DNA of 64,000 nucleotides from a virus, in IMG/VR virus record IMGVR_UViG_3300042301_002170; one strand, written 5' to 3'. The stretch's first letter is position 1; each line of letters starts with the position of its first letter. Shown here piece after piece: positions 31,232 to 41,315 of the stretch. Below the pieces are notes generated by a model. It was not told the DNA's origin, did not search any database, and saw only the letters and a program-made list of their open reading frames with translations. The position numbers and the translations under genes were made by a program.

Positions 31232-31265
31232 AGAGGGGAGCAGAGATGTTCCCCTTTATTTTTTT
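31232..31265 (+). terminator. Intrinsic terminator after the tail tube gene
   Basis: AGAGGGGAGCA-GAGA-TGTTCCCCTTT followed by a T tract; sequence resembles the capsid terminator. Confidence 0.85.
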
Positions 31266-31305
31266 AAAAATGTGATATATATTAATAAACACATTAAGTT
31301 ATATT

Positions 31306-32118
31306 ATGGAAGAACAATTAGAACAACAAGTTACGAGAGGTTTAGGGGCATCCCAAACTACAACTCAAAAAAACTTCCCATTTGCAACGGAAGTTATTTC
31401 ATTACCATCTAAAGGATTAGCATATCCAGAGAGTTCACCTTTATCAAGAGGAGAAATAACTCTTAAATTAATGACTGCAAAAGAAGAAGATATTTTAACT
31501 TCTACAAATTTAATCCGTAAAGGAATACATTTGGATAGATTATTAGAATCAATTGTAGTAGAACCTGGAGTTAATATCAATGACCTTTTAATTGGTGATA
31601 AAAACGCAATTTTGATTATCACAAGAATGTTAGCATTTGGAGCTGAATATGATATTACAGTAACAGATTCAATATCGGAAGAAGATGTGGTTGTAAAAGT
31701 TGATTTATCTAAATTAAAAACAAAAGAAATTGATTATTCTTTATTAAATAGAAACAACGAATACGAATTTACTTTACCAAAATCAAAAACTGAAATTAAA
31801 TTTAAATTACTTAATCATGGTGATGAACTTGCAATTCAAAAAGATGTTGAAGCAAGTGAAAAAATATTAAAACAAGGAAACGAAATTACTACTAGATTTA
31901 GAAGAATCATCACAGAGGTAGAAGGTAATAGAGATTTAGGATATATCAGTAACTTTGTTTCAAATAGATTGTTAGCAATGGATTCAAAAGCATTGAGAAA
32001 ACATATTTTATCAATTACACCTGATTTAGATTTAATTACAGAATATGAAAATTCAGTAGGTGAGACGGAGGCTCTCCGAATCCCGTTTGGGGTAGACTTT
32101 TTTTACCCTGCCGAGTAA
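31306..32118 (+). CDS. Tail/baseplate-hub assembly chaperone (gp26-like; lambda G position)
   Basis: LPSKG..YP, TAKEEDIL, LLIGDKNAIL...R..AFG..Y, ends IPFGVDFFYPAE. Located between tube and tape measure genes. Confidence 0.75.
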   Translation: MEEQLEQQVTRGLGASQTTTQKNFPFATEVISLPSKGLAYPESSPLSRGEITLKLMTAKEEDILTSTNLIRKGIHLDRLLESIVVEPGVNINDLLIGDKNAILIITRMLAFGAEYDITVTDSISEEDVVVKVDLSKLKTKEIDYSLLNRNNEYEFTLPKSKTEIKFKLLNHGDELAIQKDVEASEKILKQGNEITTRFRRIITEVEGNRDLGYISNFVSNRLLAMDSKALRKHILSITPDLDLITEYENSVGETEALRIPFGVDFFYPAE

Positions 32119-32326
32119 TTATTCCGTATTATTACATCAAACCATTTTTCAAATGATTTATTTTGCGAATGGTGGGTTTACTTGGCATGACTTATATCTT
32201 ATGCCAACTAAACTTCGTGAGTTTTATTGGAAAGAATTATTGAAAACAAAAGAGGAAGAAAGAGAGCAAATAGAAAAATCTAAACCATCAAACGCAAATA
32301 ATTCATCTAAAACTCGAAGAAGATGA
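32105..32326 (+). CDS. Unannotated overlapping ORF (lambda T position, gp51-like); probable frameshift extension of the previous gene
   Basis: Not in the ORF track. Reads TLPSNYSVLLHQTIFQMIYFANGGFTWHDLYLMPTKLREFYWKELLKTKEEEREQIEK...RRR-stop in the +1 frame right after a T7 run. First ATG is at 32153. Confidence 0.75.
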   Translation, partial: TLPSNYSVLLHQTIFQMIYFANGGFTWHDLYLMPTKLREFYWKELLKTKEEEREQIEKSKPSNANNSSKTRRR

Positions 32327-32361
32327 TATTTATATGAGTAATATAAATTAAAAACTCAATT

Positions 32362-32607
32362 ATGTCTAAAAGAGTATTATCAGAAGGAATTTTAGATAAA
32401 TTCTTTTCTTTATTTTTAAAAGCAAAATCACAGAATAAAGAATCTGCATGGTTATCTCGTCTAAGAGATAAAGACCCTGAATTAGCAGATATATGGTCTG
32501 GATGGGATAGTGATATGAATAAACTTTTAGCTGCAACCCAAGCAATGGCAAAAAAAAGTAATTTAGATACAACGGATATTGATACCGTAATTAAAAAATA
32601 TAGCTAA
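32362..32607 (+). CDS. Small late protein of unknown function
   Basis: TATTTATA at 32327-32334; N-terminal VLSE motif; fills the gap before the tape measure gene. Confidence 0.6.
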   Translation: MSKRVLSEGILDKFFSLFLKAKSQNKESAWLSRLRDKDPELADIWSGWDSDMNKLLAATQAMAKKSNLDTTDIDTVIKKYS

Positions 32608-32617
32608 TATAGAATAA

Positions 32618-35614
32618 ATGGCTGCTAAAAAAAAATCAACATCCACTACTAATTCGGTTAAAGCACAAAAAGACCAGGGAACTGATGGTTTAGACAGTGC
32701 GTTTGCTAAACAAAATGTCCAAGCAAAAGAAGCTGAAAAATTAACAGAAGCAGTAAACAAGAAAAAAGAAGCTCAATTAGTTATACAAGATAGACTAAAT
32801 GAAAAATTAAAACAAGCAGTTGATTTAGAAGAAGCACAAAAAACGGCGGTTGGAAAACTTTCCACAATGTGGGGAGATTTTTCAAGTAAAGCCGCAGAAT
32901 ACCATCAAGATGTCAAAGATGGTTTAATGACCCAAGAGCAGGCCAATAAGAAGTTAAACGCAATGCGTGTTAATTTTGATAGAATGGCTAAATCAGCCGG
33001 ACTTAATAAAAAAGAAAACAAAGAGATAGTAGACATATTGAAACTGATGGGTAACGAAATGTTATCCGTTCAAAAAGCATATGATAAAACTGCTCAAAAA
33101 GCTGCACTATTAAATACTGCATTAGATGCAGTTGGTTCTAGTGGAATTCCATTAATGCAAGAATTGAGTGAAGTTCTTAAAAATATCGGTAAAAATGCCG
33201 AAGGAACAAAACTAGCAATGACCGCATTAGGTGCAGCTATCGGTGGTCTATCTATGAAATACTTTGGTGCGGAATTAGAAGCCGGAACAAAAGCATTAAA
33301 TGATGCAGCTCAGGGTGATTTGGATACATCCAGAAAAATGTTTGAGCTTGAAAATAAACGTGGATTTTTAAAACAAAGAGTTGGATTAGAAGTTCAAAAA
33401 AATGCAGCAGATGGTGAACAAACTCTTGCAAAGCTTGGACAAAAACGTGGATTTGTACAAAAACAAATTGGATTAGAAGTAAGCCAAAATAGTATAGATA
33501 CTGCCAATGAGGTAAATAGATTAACTATTGAAGCTGCAAATTCATCTCAAAGAGCAGCAATACAATTTTCAGCACAATTACAAACGGGTGCAGCAGAATT
33601 TAAAGCTGCTGCTAAAACTGCACTTTATGGTAAAGGTATAGGTTCAATTGGATATGGTGCAGCACAAATGCAATTAGCAGGAGTAGGTGCTGAAAATGTA
33701 GCAGCTTCTTTAACAACTGCAACAAAAGCATTGGGTACTAAAGTTTCATCTGATTTTGCAGCTGATATGTCAGTATTGGAAAAAAGAACAGGTCAATCTT
33801 CTGAAAATGTATCAGGTATGGTATCCTTTTTTAGAAGAATGGGAAAACTTACAAATGAGAGTGCATTGAATATGACGGAGGGTATGCGAGCAATGGCAGA
33901 TTCTGCGGGTATAGATTTAGGTGGATATATGGAAGAGGTTGCACAAGCATCCAAAGAAGCATTAGGATACCAAATCAAATCAGGTCCTGCATTGCAAAAG
34001 CAAGTAGCATATGCACAACAATTAGGGGTTTCATTTGGGGATATAGCAAAAGCAGGTAAGAGCATGGTTTTGAACTATAAAGATAGTATCAAAAAAGAAA
34101 TGGAATTATCTGCAATGTTAGGTAGAAATGTAAACCTATCAGAAGCAAGAGCATTATTTTCGCAAGGTAAAACCGATGAAGCTTTAAAATCCATTAAAGC
34201 ACAAGGTTTAGACCCTAAGGCAATGAATATGTTCCAACAAGAAGCACTCTCTCAAGCATTGGGTGGTTTGGATTTGGATTCAATACAAAAAATTGCAACT
34301 GGAAGTGCTAAAGATGTAAGTGCACAAACGGGAAATGTAAAAGAGGGGAATAAGGGGTTTTTAAAAACAACACAATCTGCACAATCTACATTAGCATCAC
34401 AAACGGCATCTATACAAGCACAGACTGCAATTGTAGATGCTAAATTATCGGGTCAAATAACTGATGCATATTTGAAATCTTCCGGATATAAAAAATATCA
34501 AGATGCTTTAATAAAACAACAAGAAGACCAGGCAAAATTAGAAACTCTAATAACAGAAACATATTTAAAATCACCTGCATATCTAAAGTATCAATCATTT
34601 TTAATCAATCAACAAAAATTAGAAGAAGCATTAAATAACGCAGAAAACAAAAAATTTATCACAAGTGCAGACGCAATTAAAAATGCAGCAGAATCTGCTA
34701 GATTGGGTATTGATAGAATGTTTAGTGAAAATTGGAGAACTGGATTAGCAACTATTGCCGGTGGAGTTGCGGGTAATGTTTTATCTAAATTGTTTGGTGG
34801 AGTTCAAGATGTGCGTATTGTTGACGGAGGTGGACCTATGTCGGATAGTAGTTCATCAGATGGTCCTAAAACAAAAGATGGTAAACCTGATAGGAGATAT
34901 AAAAGTAATAGACCAAGTACTCCAAAACCTGGAGGGAGTAAACTGTCAAAAATATTTAATTCTGCTAAAAATTTATTACCAAAAATTACTAATTCATTAA
35001 AACCTACCAGTTTATTAAAAGGTGGTGCAAAACTACTTAAAGGTGGATTACCTGGTATTATTGGTGGTTTAGCATTGAATGCTTTTGCAGAAAATCAAGC
35101 TGCAAAAGGAAATAAAAAAACGGCAGCAGGTGCTGATATTGCAAGTTCTGCATTATCTGGAGCAGGTTATGGTGCAATGATAGGTTCGATTGTTCCAGGT
35201 GTTGGTAACGTTGTTGGTGGTGCAGTTGGTGGTATATTGGGTGGAGCATATGGCTTGTATCAAAACTGGGGAACAATGACTGCTCCTGCAGCAGCTCCAA
35301 AAGGTGCACCATCAAAAGCTAAAACACCTCCCAAAGCAGGGACAACTACTGTTGTAGGAACACCTGGAGCACCGGGTGGTGTGGCATCGGTACCAGCGGG
35401 GATGTTATCTGCGGCGGAATATCAAGTAAAATTACAAATAAAAATGGTTCAACTAATGGGTGTAAGTGCTGCATTATTGGAAGCTATCTTATTGGAAACT
35501 GATTCTAAACCTGTTCTTAGTGTTAATGGAATTAAATTAAACCAACAATTAATGGCATCAAGTTTAAAAACAATGGCAGTTAATAGAAGAGATGGTGGAA
35601 CTCCGAGAATGTAA
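32618..35614 (+). CDS. Tape measure protein
   Basis: 998 aa, Ala/Lys/Gln-rich and helical, with C-terminal Gly-zipper hydrophobic segments (GAMIGSIVPGVG.VVGGAVGGILGG). Canonical position after tube and chaperones. Confidence 0.85.
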   Translation: MAAKKKSTSTTNSVKAQKDQGTDGLDSAFAKQNVQAKEAEKLTEAVNKKKEAQLVIQDRLNEKLKQAVDLEEAQKTAVGKLSTMWGDFSSKAAEYHQDVKDGLMTQEQANKKLNAMRVNFDRMAKSAGLNKKENKEIVDILKLMGNEMLSVQKAYDKTAQKAALLNTALDAVGSSGIPLMQELSEVLKNIGKNAEGTKLAMTALGAAIGGLSMKYFGAELEAGTKALNDAAQGDLDTSRKMFELENKRGFLKQRVGLEVQKNAADGEQTLAKLGQKRGFVQKQIGLEVSQNSIDTANEVNRLTIEAANSSQRAAIQFSAQLQTGAAEFKAAAKTALYGKGIGSIGYGAAQMQLAGVGAENVAASLTTATKALGTKVSSDFAADMSVLEKRTGQSSENVSGMVSFFRRMGKLTNESALNMTEGMRAMADSAGIDLGGYMEEVAQASKEALGYQIKSGPALQKQVAYAQQLGVSFGDIAKAGKSMVLNYKDSIKKEMELSAMLGRNVNLSEARALFSQGKTDEALKSIKAQGLDPKAMNMFQQEALSQALGGLDLDSIQKIATGSAKDVSAQTGNVKEGNKGFLKTTQSAQSTLASQTASIQAQTAIVDAKLSGQITDAYLKSSGYKKYQDALIKQQEDQAKLETLITETYLKSPAYLKYQSFLINQQKLEEALNNAENKKFITSADAIKNAAESARLGIDRMFSENWRTGLATIAGGVAGNVLSKLFGGVQDVRIVDGGGPMSDSSSSDGPKTKDGKPDRRYKSNRPSTPKPGGSKLSKIFNSAKNLLPKITNSLKPTSLLKGGAKLLKGGLPGIIGGLALNAFAENQAAKGNKKTAAGADIASSALSGAGYGAMIGSIVPGVGNVVGGAVGGILGGAYGLYQNWGTMTAPAAAPKGAPSKAKTPPKAGTTTVVGTPGAPGGVASVPAGMLSAAEYQVKLQIKMVQLMGVSAALLEAILLETDSKPVLSVNGIKLNQQLMASSLKTMAVNRRDGGTPRM

Positions 35615-35658
35615 TAAATTTAAATAACTCATATTTATAGTAAATCAATACACTATAA

Positions 35659-37014
35659 ATGCCAACAATATTAGAACTTTTTGATTCTGGAAAAAAAGAA
35701 CTATACAATAAAGAACTTATTCGTATAGACAGTAGAGGATTAATAAATCCACCAAGAGCTGCAGCTTTACTTGCATCTTCTCCAAATTCACTTGGTGATT
35801 TAATCGGTGGTCAAATTGCAGGTGCTATTGGTGGAGTTGCAAATAGACCATCGGATACTATATTTAAAGGAAATAGTCCATTAAGTAAACCAGTTACATT
35901 AACTGCATTTACAGAAGCGGGTTTAAAAGATGCCGTAGAAAGTGGTACTGATTATACCGTAAAACAATCCCCATCTCCTAATTCAATTTTAAATAGTATA
36001 TCACAAGGTGGTTCATCAATCGGTGGAGTTGCAACTAATTTAGCGATTCAAAGTTTAAACAAATTTGGAAGTAAAGATGGTTTAACAAAATTAAGTGATT
36101 CTTTAAAAAATAAATCTAATGAAAATGGGTACACAAATAAAAAACCATTTTCAACACATTTAAAAGGAACAGAAAGAACTGCAGTTGAAAAGAAAACTTG
36201 GAGTATGTCAAATGAAGATTTGAATGATATTCAATATTTTCAAAATGATAAAGCATTACAAGATTGGATAAAAGAAAATCGTTTTGCAAATCAAGTTCCA
36301 ATAACATTTAAAAAATTTGATAGTAATACTATAGTTCCGTTTGTAGGAGCAATATCTGGAATAAGTGAAGATGTACAACCTGAATGGAGTAATTTTAAAT
36401 ATGTAGGTTCTCCATTTAAAACATATAGGTATCAAGGAGTAGAGCGTTCTGTAAAGTTTAATTTAAAATTATACTATATGGATATTTCTTCAAAAGAATC
36501 AATGATTAAAAAAATAGAATATTTAAAATCGTTGGCATTTCCTAATGAAAAACTTTCAGAATTTTCATATGGTGGTTCACAATCACAATATGCATTTTCA
36601 CCAAATTTAATATCATTTTCAATTGGTGATTTATATAAAGATATGTTTGGATATATGGAAAGTTTATCATTTAGTATAGATGATAATACGGTTTGGTCTA
36701 ATTTTAATCCAAAAAATGAATCAGACGGTGATAACACATTATATCCGTCTGTAATGGATGTTTCTATTGGAATAAAAATAATAGAAAATCATAAAATAGA
36801 AGATAAACAATTTAAATATAATTTTAACGGTACTAGAGTATTTGATAAAAAATCAATATCCGTACCTGATACATCAACTCCTGAGGAATTACAAGCATTA
36901 TCTGATTCTGCAGAAATTGCATATAAACAAATGCAAATAGATGATAAACCAATAGAAGAAACTCCAATGAGTTCAGAAGAAATTGCAGCTTATTATGGAC
37001 ATGGGTTAGGCTAA
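35659..37014 (+). CDS. Baseplate/tail-tube initiator protein
   Basis: ISGISEDVQPEWSNFKYVGSP...YQGVERSVKFNLKL, LKSLAFP, P.LI.F.IGD, MESLSFSIDD..W are typical of tube-initiator proteins. Confidence 0.7.
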   Translation: MPTILELFDSGKKELYNKELIRIDSRGLINPPRAAALLASSPNSLGDLIGGQIAGAIGGVANRPSDTIFKGNSPLSKPVTLTAFTEAGLKDAVESGTDYTVKQSPSPNSILNSISQGGSSIGGVATNLAIQSLNKFGSKDGLTKLSDSLKNKSNENGYTNKKPFSTHLKGTERTAVEKKTWSMSNEDLNDIQYFQNDKALQDWIKENRFANQVPITFKKFDSNTIVPFVGAISGISEDVQPEWSNFKYVGSPFKTYRYQGVERSVKFNLKLYYMDISSKESMIKKIEYLKSLAFPNEKLSEFSYGGSQSQYAFSPNLISFSIGDLYKDMFGYMESLSFSIDDNTVWSNFNPKNESDGDNTLYPSVMDVSIGIKIIENHKIEDKQFKYNFNGTRVFDKKSISVPDTSTPEELQALSDSAEIAYKQMQIDDKPIEETPMSSEEIAAYYGHGLG

Positions 37015-37035
37015 AATTAGGTAAATAAAAAGAAA

Positions 37036-37338
37036 ATGGCAAGTAGATACCAATATACAACTGAATTAACAACAGATAATACTAAAAGAAAGTATTTAAG
37101 TTCTTTAATATATCCAAAAATTAAAGCAACCGATAATGATATGTATGTAATATCGGAAACAAGTGATAGATTGGATATATTAGCAAGTAAATATTATGGA
37201 GATAAATCATATTGGTGGGTAATATCAATTGCAAATAATTTAAACGATGCTTCATTTCACATAGAACCAGGTATTCAGTTAAGAATACCATCCGATTTAC
37301 CAACAATTTTAAGAGATTTTAACAAAATAAATAAATAA
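37036..37338 (+). CDS. LysM-like baseplate wedge protein (gp53/tail X-like)
   Basis: DRLDILASKYYGDKSYWWVISIANNL......G.QLRIP. Confidence 0.8.
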   Translation: MASRYQYTTELTTDNTKRKYLSSLIYPKIKATDNDMYVISETSDRLDILASKYYGDKSYWWVISIANNLNDASFHIEPGIQLRIPSDLPTILRDFNKINK

Positions 37339-37341
37339 GTT

Positions 37342-39600
37342 ATGCCCGCAATTCCATATATCCAGCCCATACCAAAGTGGATTGAAGAAGAATTAAAATC
37401 AAGAGCCAATAATCAAGCTCGAATGATTAGAACAACTCCGTTTGTTATGCTTACATCACCCGCAGTTGTAACAAGTGCCGAACATAGTGTAGGTATGATT
37501 GAATCCGAAAATTATGCTGGAAAATATTATGGATGTGTTTTATCAAATACAACCGATATTAGTAAATTATATCAAACTGGTAATACTATTGCAGGATATG
37601 ATTTAAATGGAAAGGCAATTGAAGTAACCGGAGAATCAAATAGAAAATTATCAGTACCTTTAATTATTGATTTACAAATTGAAGATGGTGCTGAAAACGC
37701 TGCATTAAAAACTGCAAAATTAAACATAAAAGTATTTTCATTAAAACAATTGGAAATGTTTGAATTGTTTTTTTTAAGACCAGGTATGCAATTGTTATTG
37801 GAATATGGAAATAATTCCGATTTAACTACCAATACCAATACAATTAGTAATTATTTATTTCCAAAAAATAGTTGGGAATCTTTTGTAAATCAATTTACAA
37901 GTGTATATTCTCCATTGGATTCAAAATGGGAAGCTAATAAAACGGAATACACAAATAAATTAAAATATACAAAAGGTAATTATGATGTTTGGACGGGTAA
38001 AGTTTTAACTTATTCATTTTCGGTTGATACGGATGGAACATATAATGTAAGTTTAGAAATATCAGCAGGAAATGAACTGGCATCTCAATTACTTAGTCAA
38101 TCTTCAAAACCAGAAGGTAAAAAAAGTGCAAAAGTAATAAAAGGTGATGTAAAATCATATATTACAAAAATTGCAGAAGATATAGATAACAACTTATTAC
38201 AAACTTTTAAAGATACAAAACAATGGGAAAAGGAGTTTTTTAATTGGGGCATAGAAGAGAAAAAAGCAGAAGATAACACAATATCAAAAACTCCTTACAT
38301 TTCGTTTAGATTGATATTAGAAATTATAAACTCTTTACATCTTTCACCTAATATAATATGTGGTACGGTTGGTGATAATAAAGTGTTACCAGTATCGGCT
38401 ACAAAATTTATGATGTCATCCAACGAAAATGTTATTTTTCCTGGAACATTACCTGATATAAATGTAGATATTGATGGAAACATTAAAGTTGGACATGTAA
38501 AAGTTACCGACCCTAAAACACAAAAACAAACATTTAAAGTTTCCGATGGAAAAAAATCTTTAATAAACGGTTATTCATTTATTTTAGATGAAAGTGGTGA
38601 AAAAATTACTAATTTTAAATTACCAACCGACCCAACGAATATAGAATTACCGGCTTATACTGGAAATTTATTAAATATCTTTATAAATTATGAAACATTT
38701 GTAAATTTAAAAAAGAATTCAATTAAAAATTCGGATTTATTGTATGAACTTTTAACTTTAATTCAGATGAGTATGTATGGGTATTCTTATCTTGAATTAT
38801 CAACTCCTGATAGTAGTTCAAATCCAAATCGTGGATTAACAATTATTGATAGAAAACTACCAAGAGTATTTACTCCAACGGCAAACTCTTCTACATATAG
38901 ATTCCCAATTGGACCAACTAATTCAATTGTACACACATTTTCATTTGATTTTCAAATGGGTGATATGATGGCAGGACAAACTTTGTACGCAGGTCAATTG
39001 CAAGTTTCAGAAGCAACGGAGAGTGATACTACTCAACAATCTGAAAATTTAAGATATAAACAAAATCTAGCTGAAAGTGCAGATATGAAAACTCTTAAAA
39101 ATGCAGATGGACTACATTCTATAAATCCAATTGAAGTTAAAATACAAAAAGAACTTTATAAGAAAAAATTGGCAGATGCTGCAAAGGCTGCAAAAGATGC
39201 CAAAGATATACCTAAAAAAGAATTGGATGCAGCTAAGATAGCAAAAGAAAAAGAAAAAACAGAAAAAGTAAAACAAGCTAATGAATCTTTGAATAACACT
39301 TTTGTTAGATTTAAAATTGGTAATGACAAACATAATTTAATTTATACAGATGAATCTTTATTAAAATATTATTTAGTAAAAAAACCATCACCAGACACAG
39401 TTTTGGTTTCCGGTATAGATGTTACTATTGCAATTGATGGTATGTCTGGATTTTCTACTGGTGATTATTTTCTTATAGATGGCGTTCCAGAAGTATATAA
39501 TCAAAATGGATGCTTTCAAATTACATCAATACAACAAGGAATTAATAACGATGGTTGGCTAACTACGATTACCGCTGGTTGGTTAAGAAAACAAATATAA
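37342..39600 (+). CDS. Baseplate hub protein
   Basis: Synteny after the LysM gene. LRPGMQLLLEYG; C-terminal VTIAIDGMSGF..GDYF.IDGVPEVY...FQITSIQQGI...GWLTTI.A. Confidence 0.6.
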   Translation: MPAIPYIQPIPKWIEEELKSRANNQARMIRTTPFVMLTSPAVVTSAEHSVGMIESENYAGKYYGCVLSNTTDISKLYQTGNTIAGYDLNGKAIEVTGESNRKLSVPLIIDLQIEDGAENAALKTAKLNIKVFSLKQLEMFELFFLRPGMQLLLEYGNNSDLTTNTNTISNYLFPKNSWESFVNQFTSVYSPLDSKWEANKTEYTNKLKYTKGNYDVWTGKVLTYSFSVDTDGTYNVSLEISAGNELASQLLSQSSKPEGKKSAKVIKGDVKSYITKIAEDIDNNLLQTFKDTKQWEKEFFNWGIEEKKAEDNTISKTPYISFRLILEIINSLHLSPNIICGTVGDNKVLPVSATKFMMSSNENVIFPGTLPDINVDIDGNIKVGHVKVTDPKTQKQTFKVSDGKKSLINGYSFILDESGEKITNFKLPTDPTNIELPAYTGNLLNIFINYETFVNLKKNSIKNSDLLYELLTLIQMSMYGYSYLELSTPDSSSNPNRGLTIIDRKLPRVFTPTANSSTYRFPIGPTNSIVHTFSFDFQMGDMMAGQTLYAGQLQVSEATESDTTQQSENLRYKQNLAESADMKTLKNADGLHSINPIEVKIQKELYKKKLADAAKAAKDAKDIPKKELDAAKIAKEKEKTEKVKQANESLNNTFVRFKIGNDKHNLIYTDESLLKYYLVKKPSPDTVLVSGIDVTIAIDGMSGFSTGDYFLIDGVPEVYNQNGCFQITSIQQGINNDGWLTTITAGWLRKQI

Positions 39601-39602
39601 TA

Positions 39603-39977
39603 ATGTACACAGATTTAATTAAAAATAAAGAACTACCATCATTGTTTACACCACAGACGATTGTACCATCACCAACTGAAAATGATTATGCGAGAGGTTT
39701 TGTAGAAAGATTTTTTACTCAAAAAGCAAATGATATAAATGGGTTTGTATATGAAATAGATGATAAAACTTACATCCAATTGTTAAAAAATCCATATTGG
39801 TTATCCCAAAGTATTTATTGGAGAATATCAGGTCCTTTGGATATGGTATATAATGATAATGGTATGGTTACGGATAAGGGGGTATTTAACTCAAATACGG
39901 CATCCATACGATTGGGTGCGGAAACATTAAAAAATTTAGGATTATATTTACCCAATATCTTACAATTTCATAAATAA
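39603..39977 (+). CDS. Hypothetical protein (baseplate-linked)
   Basis: ATG at 39603 follows the previous stop. PSPTENDYARGFVERFFTQKAN and YWRISGP. Confidence 0.6.
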   Translation: MYTDLIKNKELPSLFTPQTIVPSPTENDYARGFVERFFTQKANDINGFVYEIDDKTYIQLLKNPYWLSQSIYWRISGPLDMVYNDNGMVTDKGVFNSNTASIRLGAETLKNLGLYLPNILQFHK

Positions 39978-39979
39978 AT

Positions 39980-40010
39980 TTTGAAATGTGAATTATTTTT
40001 TGTATCTTTG
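39980..40010 (+). promoter_or_regulatory. Bacteroidota-type housekeeping promoter
   Basis: TTTG-N19-TATCTTTG; ATG follows 5 nt later. Confidence 0.8.
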
Positions 40011-40015
40011 TAGAT

Positions 40016-41275
40016 ATGAATATAATTGAAACAGATAAAGATTTACACTTATTAAATCCAGAGGAGATTTTATTGATAGTTCCTGTATGGAGTTCTCAAA
40101 GGGGACATCAATCAATGTTTCCAATATCATTCGTATATATAAAAACCAAAGATACGGATTTTATTTTAAATTTCCAACACATCGATGCAGATTCCGTTAC
40201 ACCATTCCCAATATCTAAACTCTGCAATCCAAACACATTAGTATTAGGAAACCGATATATCCAATCAAACGGACTTGATTATGAGTGGGTATATTTTGAA
40301 TCAGTAGGTAAACCATTTATATTTAATGATTTTGTAGAAACTCTTTTTAAGGGGTATAGAAACGATTATCTTTTCAACAATGACTGTATTCCTCTTATGA
40401 AGTGGTACGAACTCTTAAAATCAATACCTGAAGGGTTTGAGATAAAGGATTGGTATCGTAAATATTCGGATTCTATTTCTCTATTAGGAAAAGTGGAAGG
40501 GGCGGGGGTTCAAGTCGAAGTGGAAAATTTTATTGATAGATTTAGCTTCGATTCACGTTACATAGATGAGGGTAAAGTGTACACACAATACAATCCATAT
40601 ACTATTACGGGTAGACCATCCAATAGACATTTAAACGTAAATTACTCTGCTCTTCCTAAAGGTGATGGGAGTAGGGGAACTATTATTAGTAGGTGGACGT
40701 TTGGGAGTTTAATTCAATTTGATTATGAATCTTACCACATCCGTTTAATCGCGGGGTTGGTAGGGTATAAGTTTCCAATAGGTATATCTGCTCACCAATA
40801 CCTCGCAAATTACTATGGGTGTGATTACGATACTGCAAAAGGTTTAACCTTTAAGTATTTGTATGGAGGTTTAGACGACTTTGCGAGAGGAATACCGTTC
40901 TTTCAAAAAGTAGATTCATACATCGAAACTTTGTATCAACGGTATGTAATTTCGGGTAAATTAACGACACCTTTATTTAAAAGGGAAATTAATCATAATC
41001 GAATCGAATTACCGAATCAACAAAAAATATTTAACTATCTTCTACAAGCATTAGAAACTGAAATAAATTATATGAAGATGGTAGAGATGTTGGAGTTTAT
41101 GAGTGGGATGAAATCGAAAATAATCTTATACACCTATGATGCGTTCTTAATCGACACTCACCCATCGGAAAGAGATAAAATTTTGAACCTCCTACCGACC
41201 ATTATGGAAAAAGGTGGATTCCCCGTCAAAGCAGATGAAGGAACGAATTATGATAATTTGGTTCATTTACAATAA
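40016..41275 (+). CDS. Compact family A DNA polymerase
   Basis: TITGRPSN; motif A FDYESYHIRLIA; motif B AKGLTFKYLYG; NYLLQALE; motif C YTYDAFL. No clear 3'-5' exonuclease motif. Confidence 0.8.
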   Translation: MNIIETDKDLHLLNPEEILLIVPVWSSQRGHQSMFPISFVYIKTKDTDFILNFQHIDADSVTPFPISKLCNPNTLVLGNRYIQSNGLDYEWVYFESVGKPFIFNDFVETLFKGYRNDYLFNNDCIPLMKWYELLKSIPEGFEIKDWYRKYSDSISLLGKVEGAGVQVEVENFIDRFSFDSRYIDEGKVYTQYNPYTITGRPSNRHLNVNYSALPKGDGSRGTIISRWTFGSLIQFDYESYHIRLIAGLVGYKFPIGISAHQYLANYYGCDYDTAKGLTFKYLYGGLDDFARGIPFFQKVDSYIETLYQRYVISGKLTTPLFKREINHNRIELPNQQKIFNYLLQALETEINYMKMVEMLEFMSGMKSKIILYTYDAFLIDTHPSERDKILNLLPTIMEKGGFPVKADEGTNYDNLVHLQ

Positions 41276-41315
41276 ACTTTTATATTTATAACATATACAG
41301 AAACACAAATAAATT

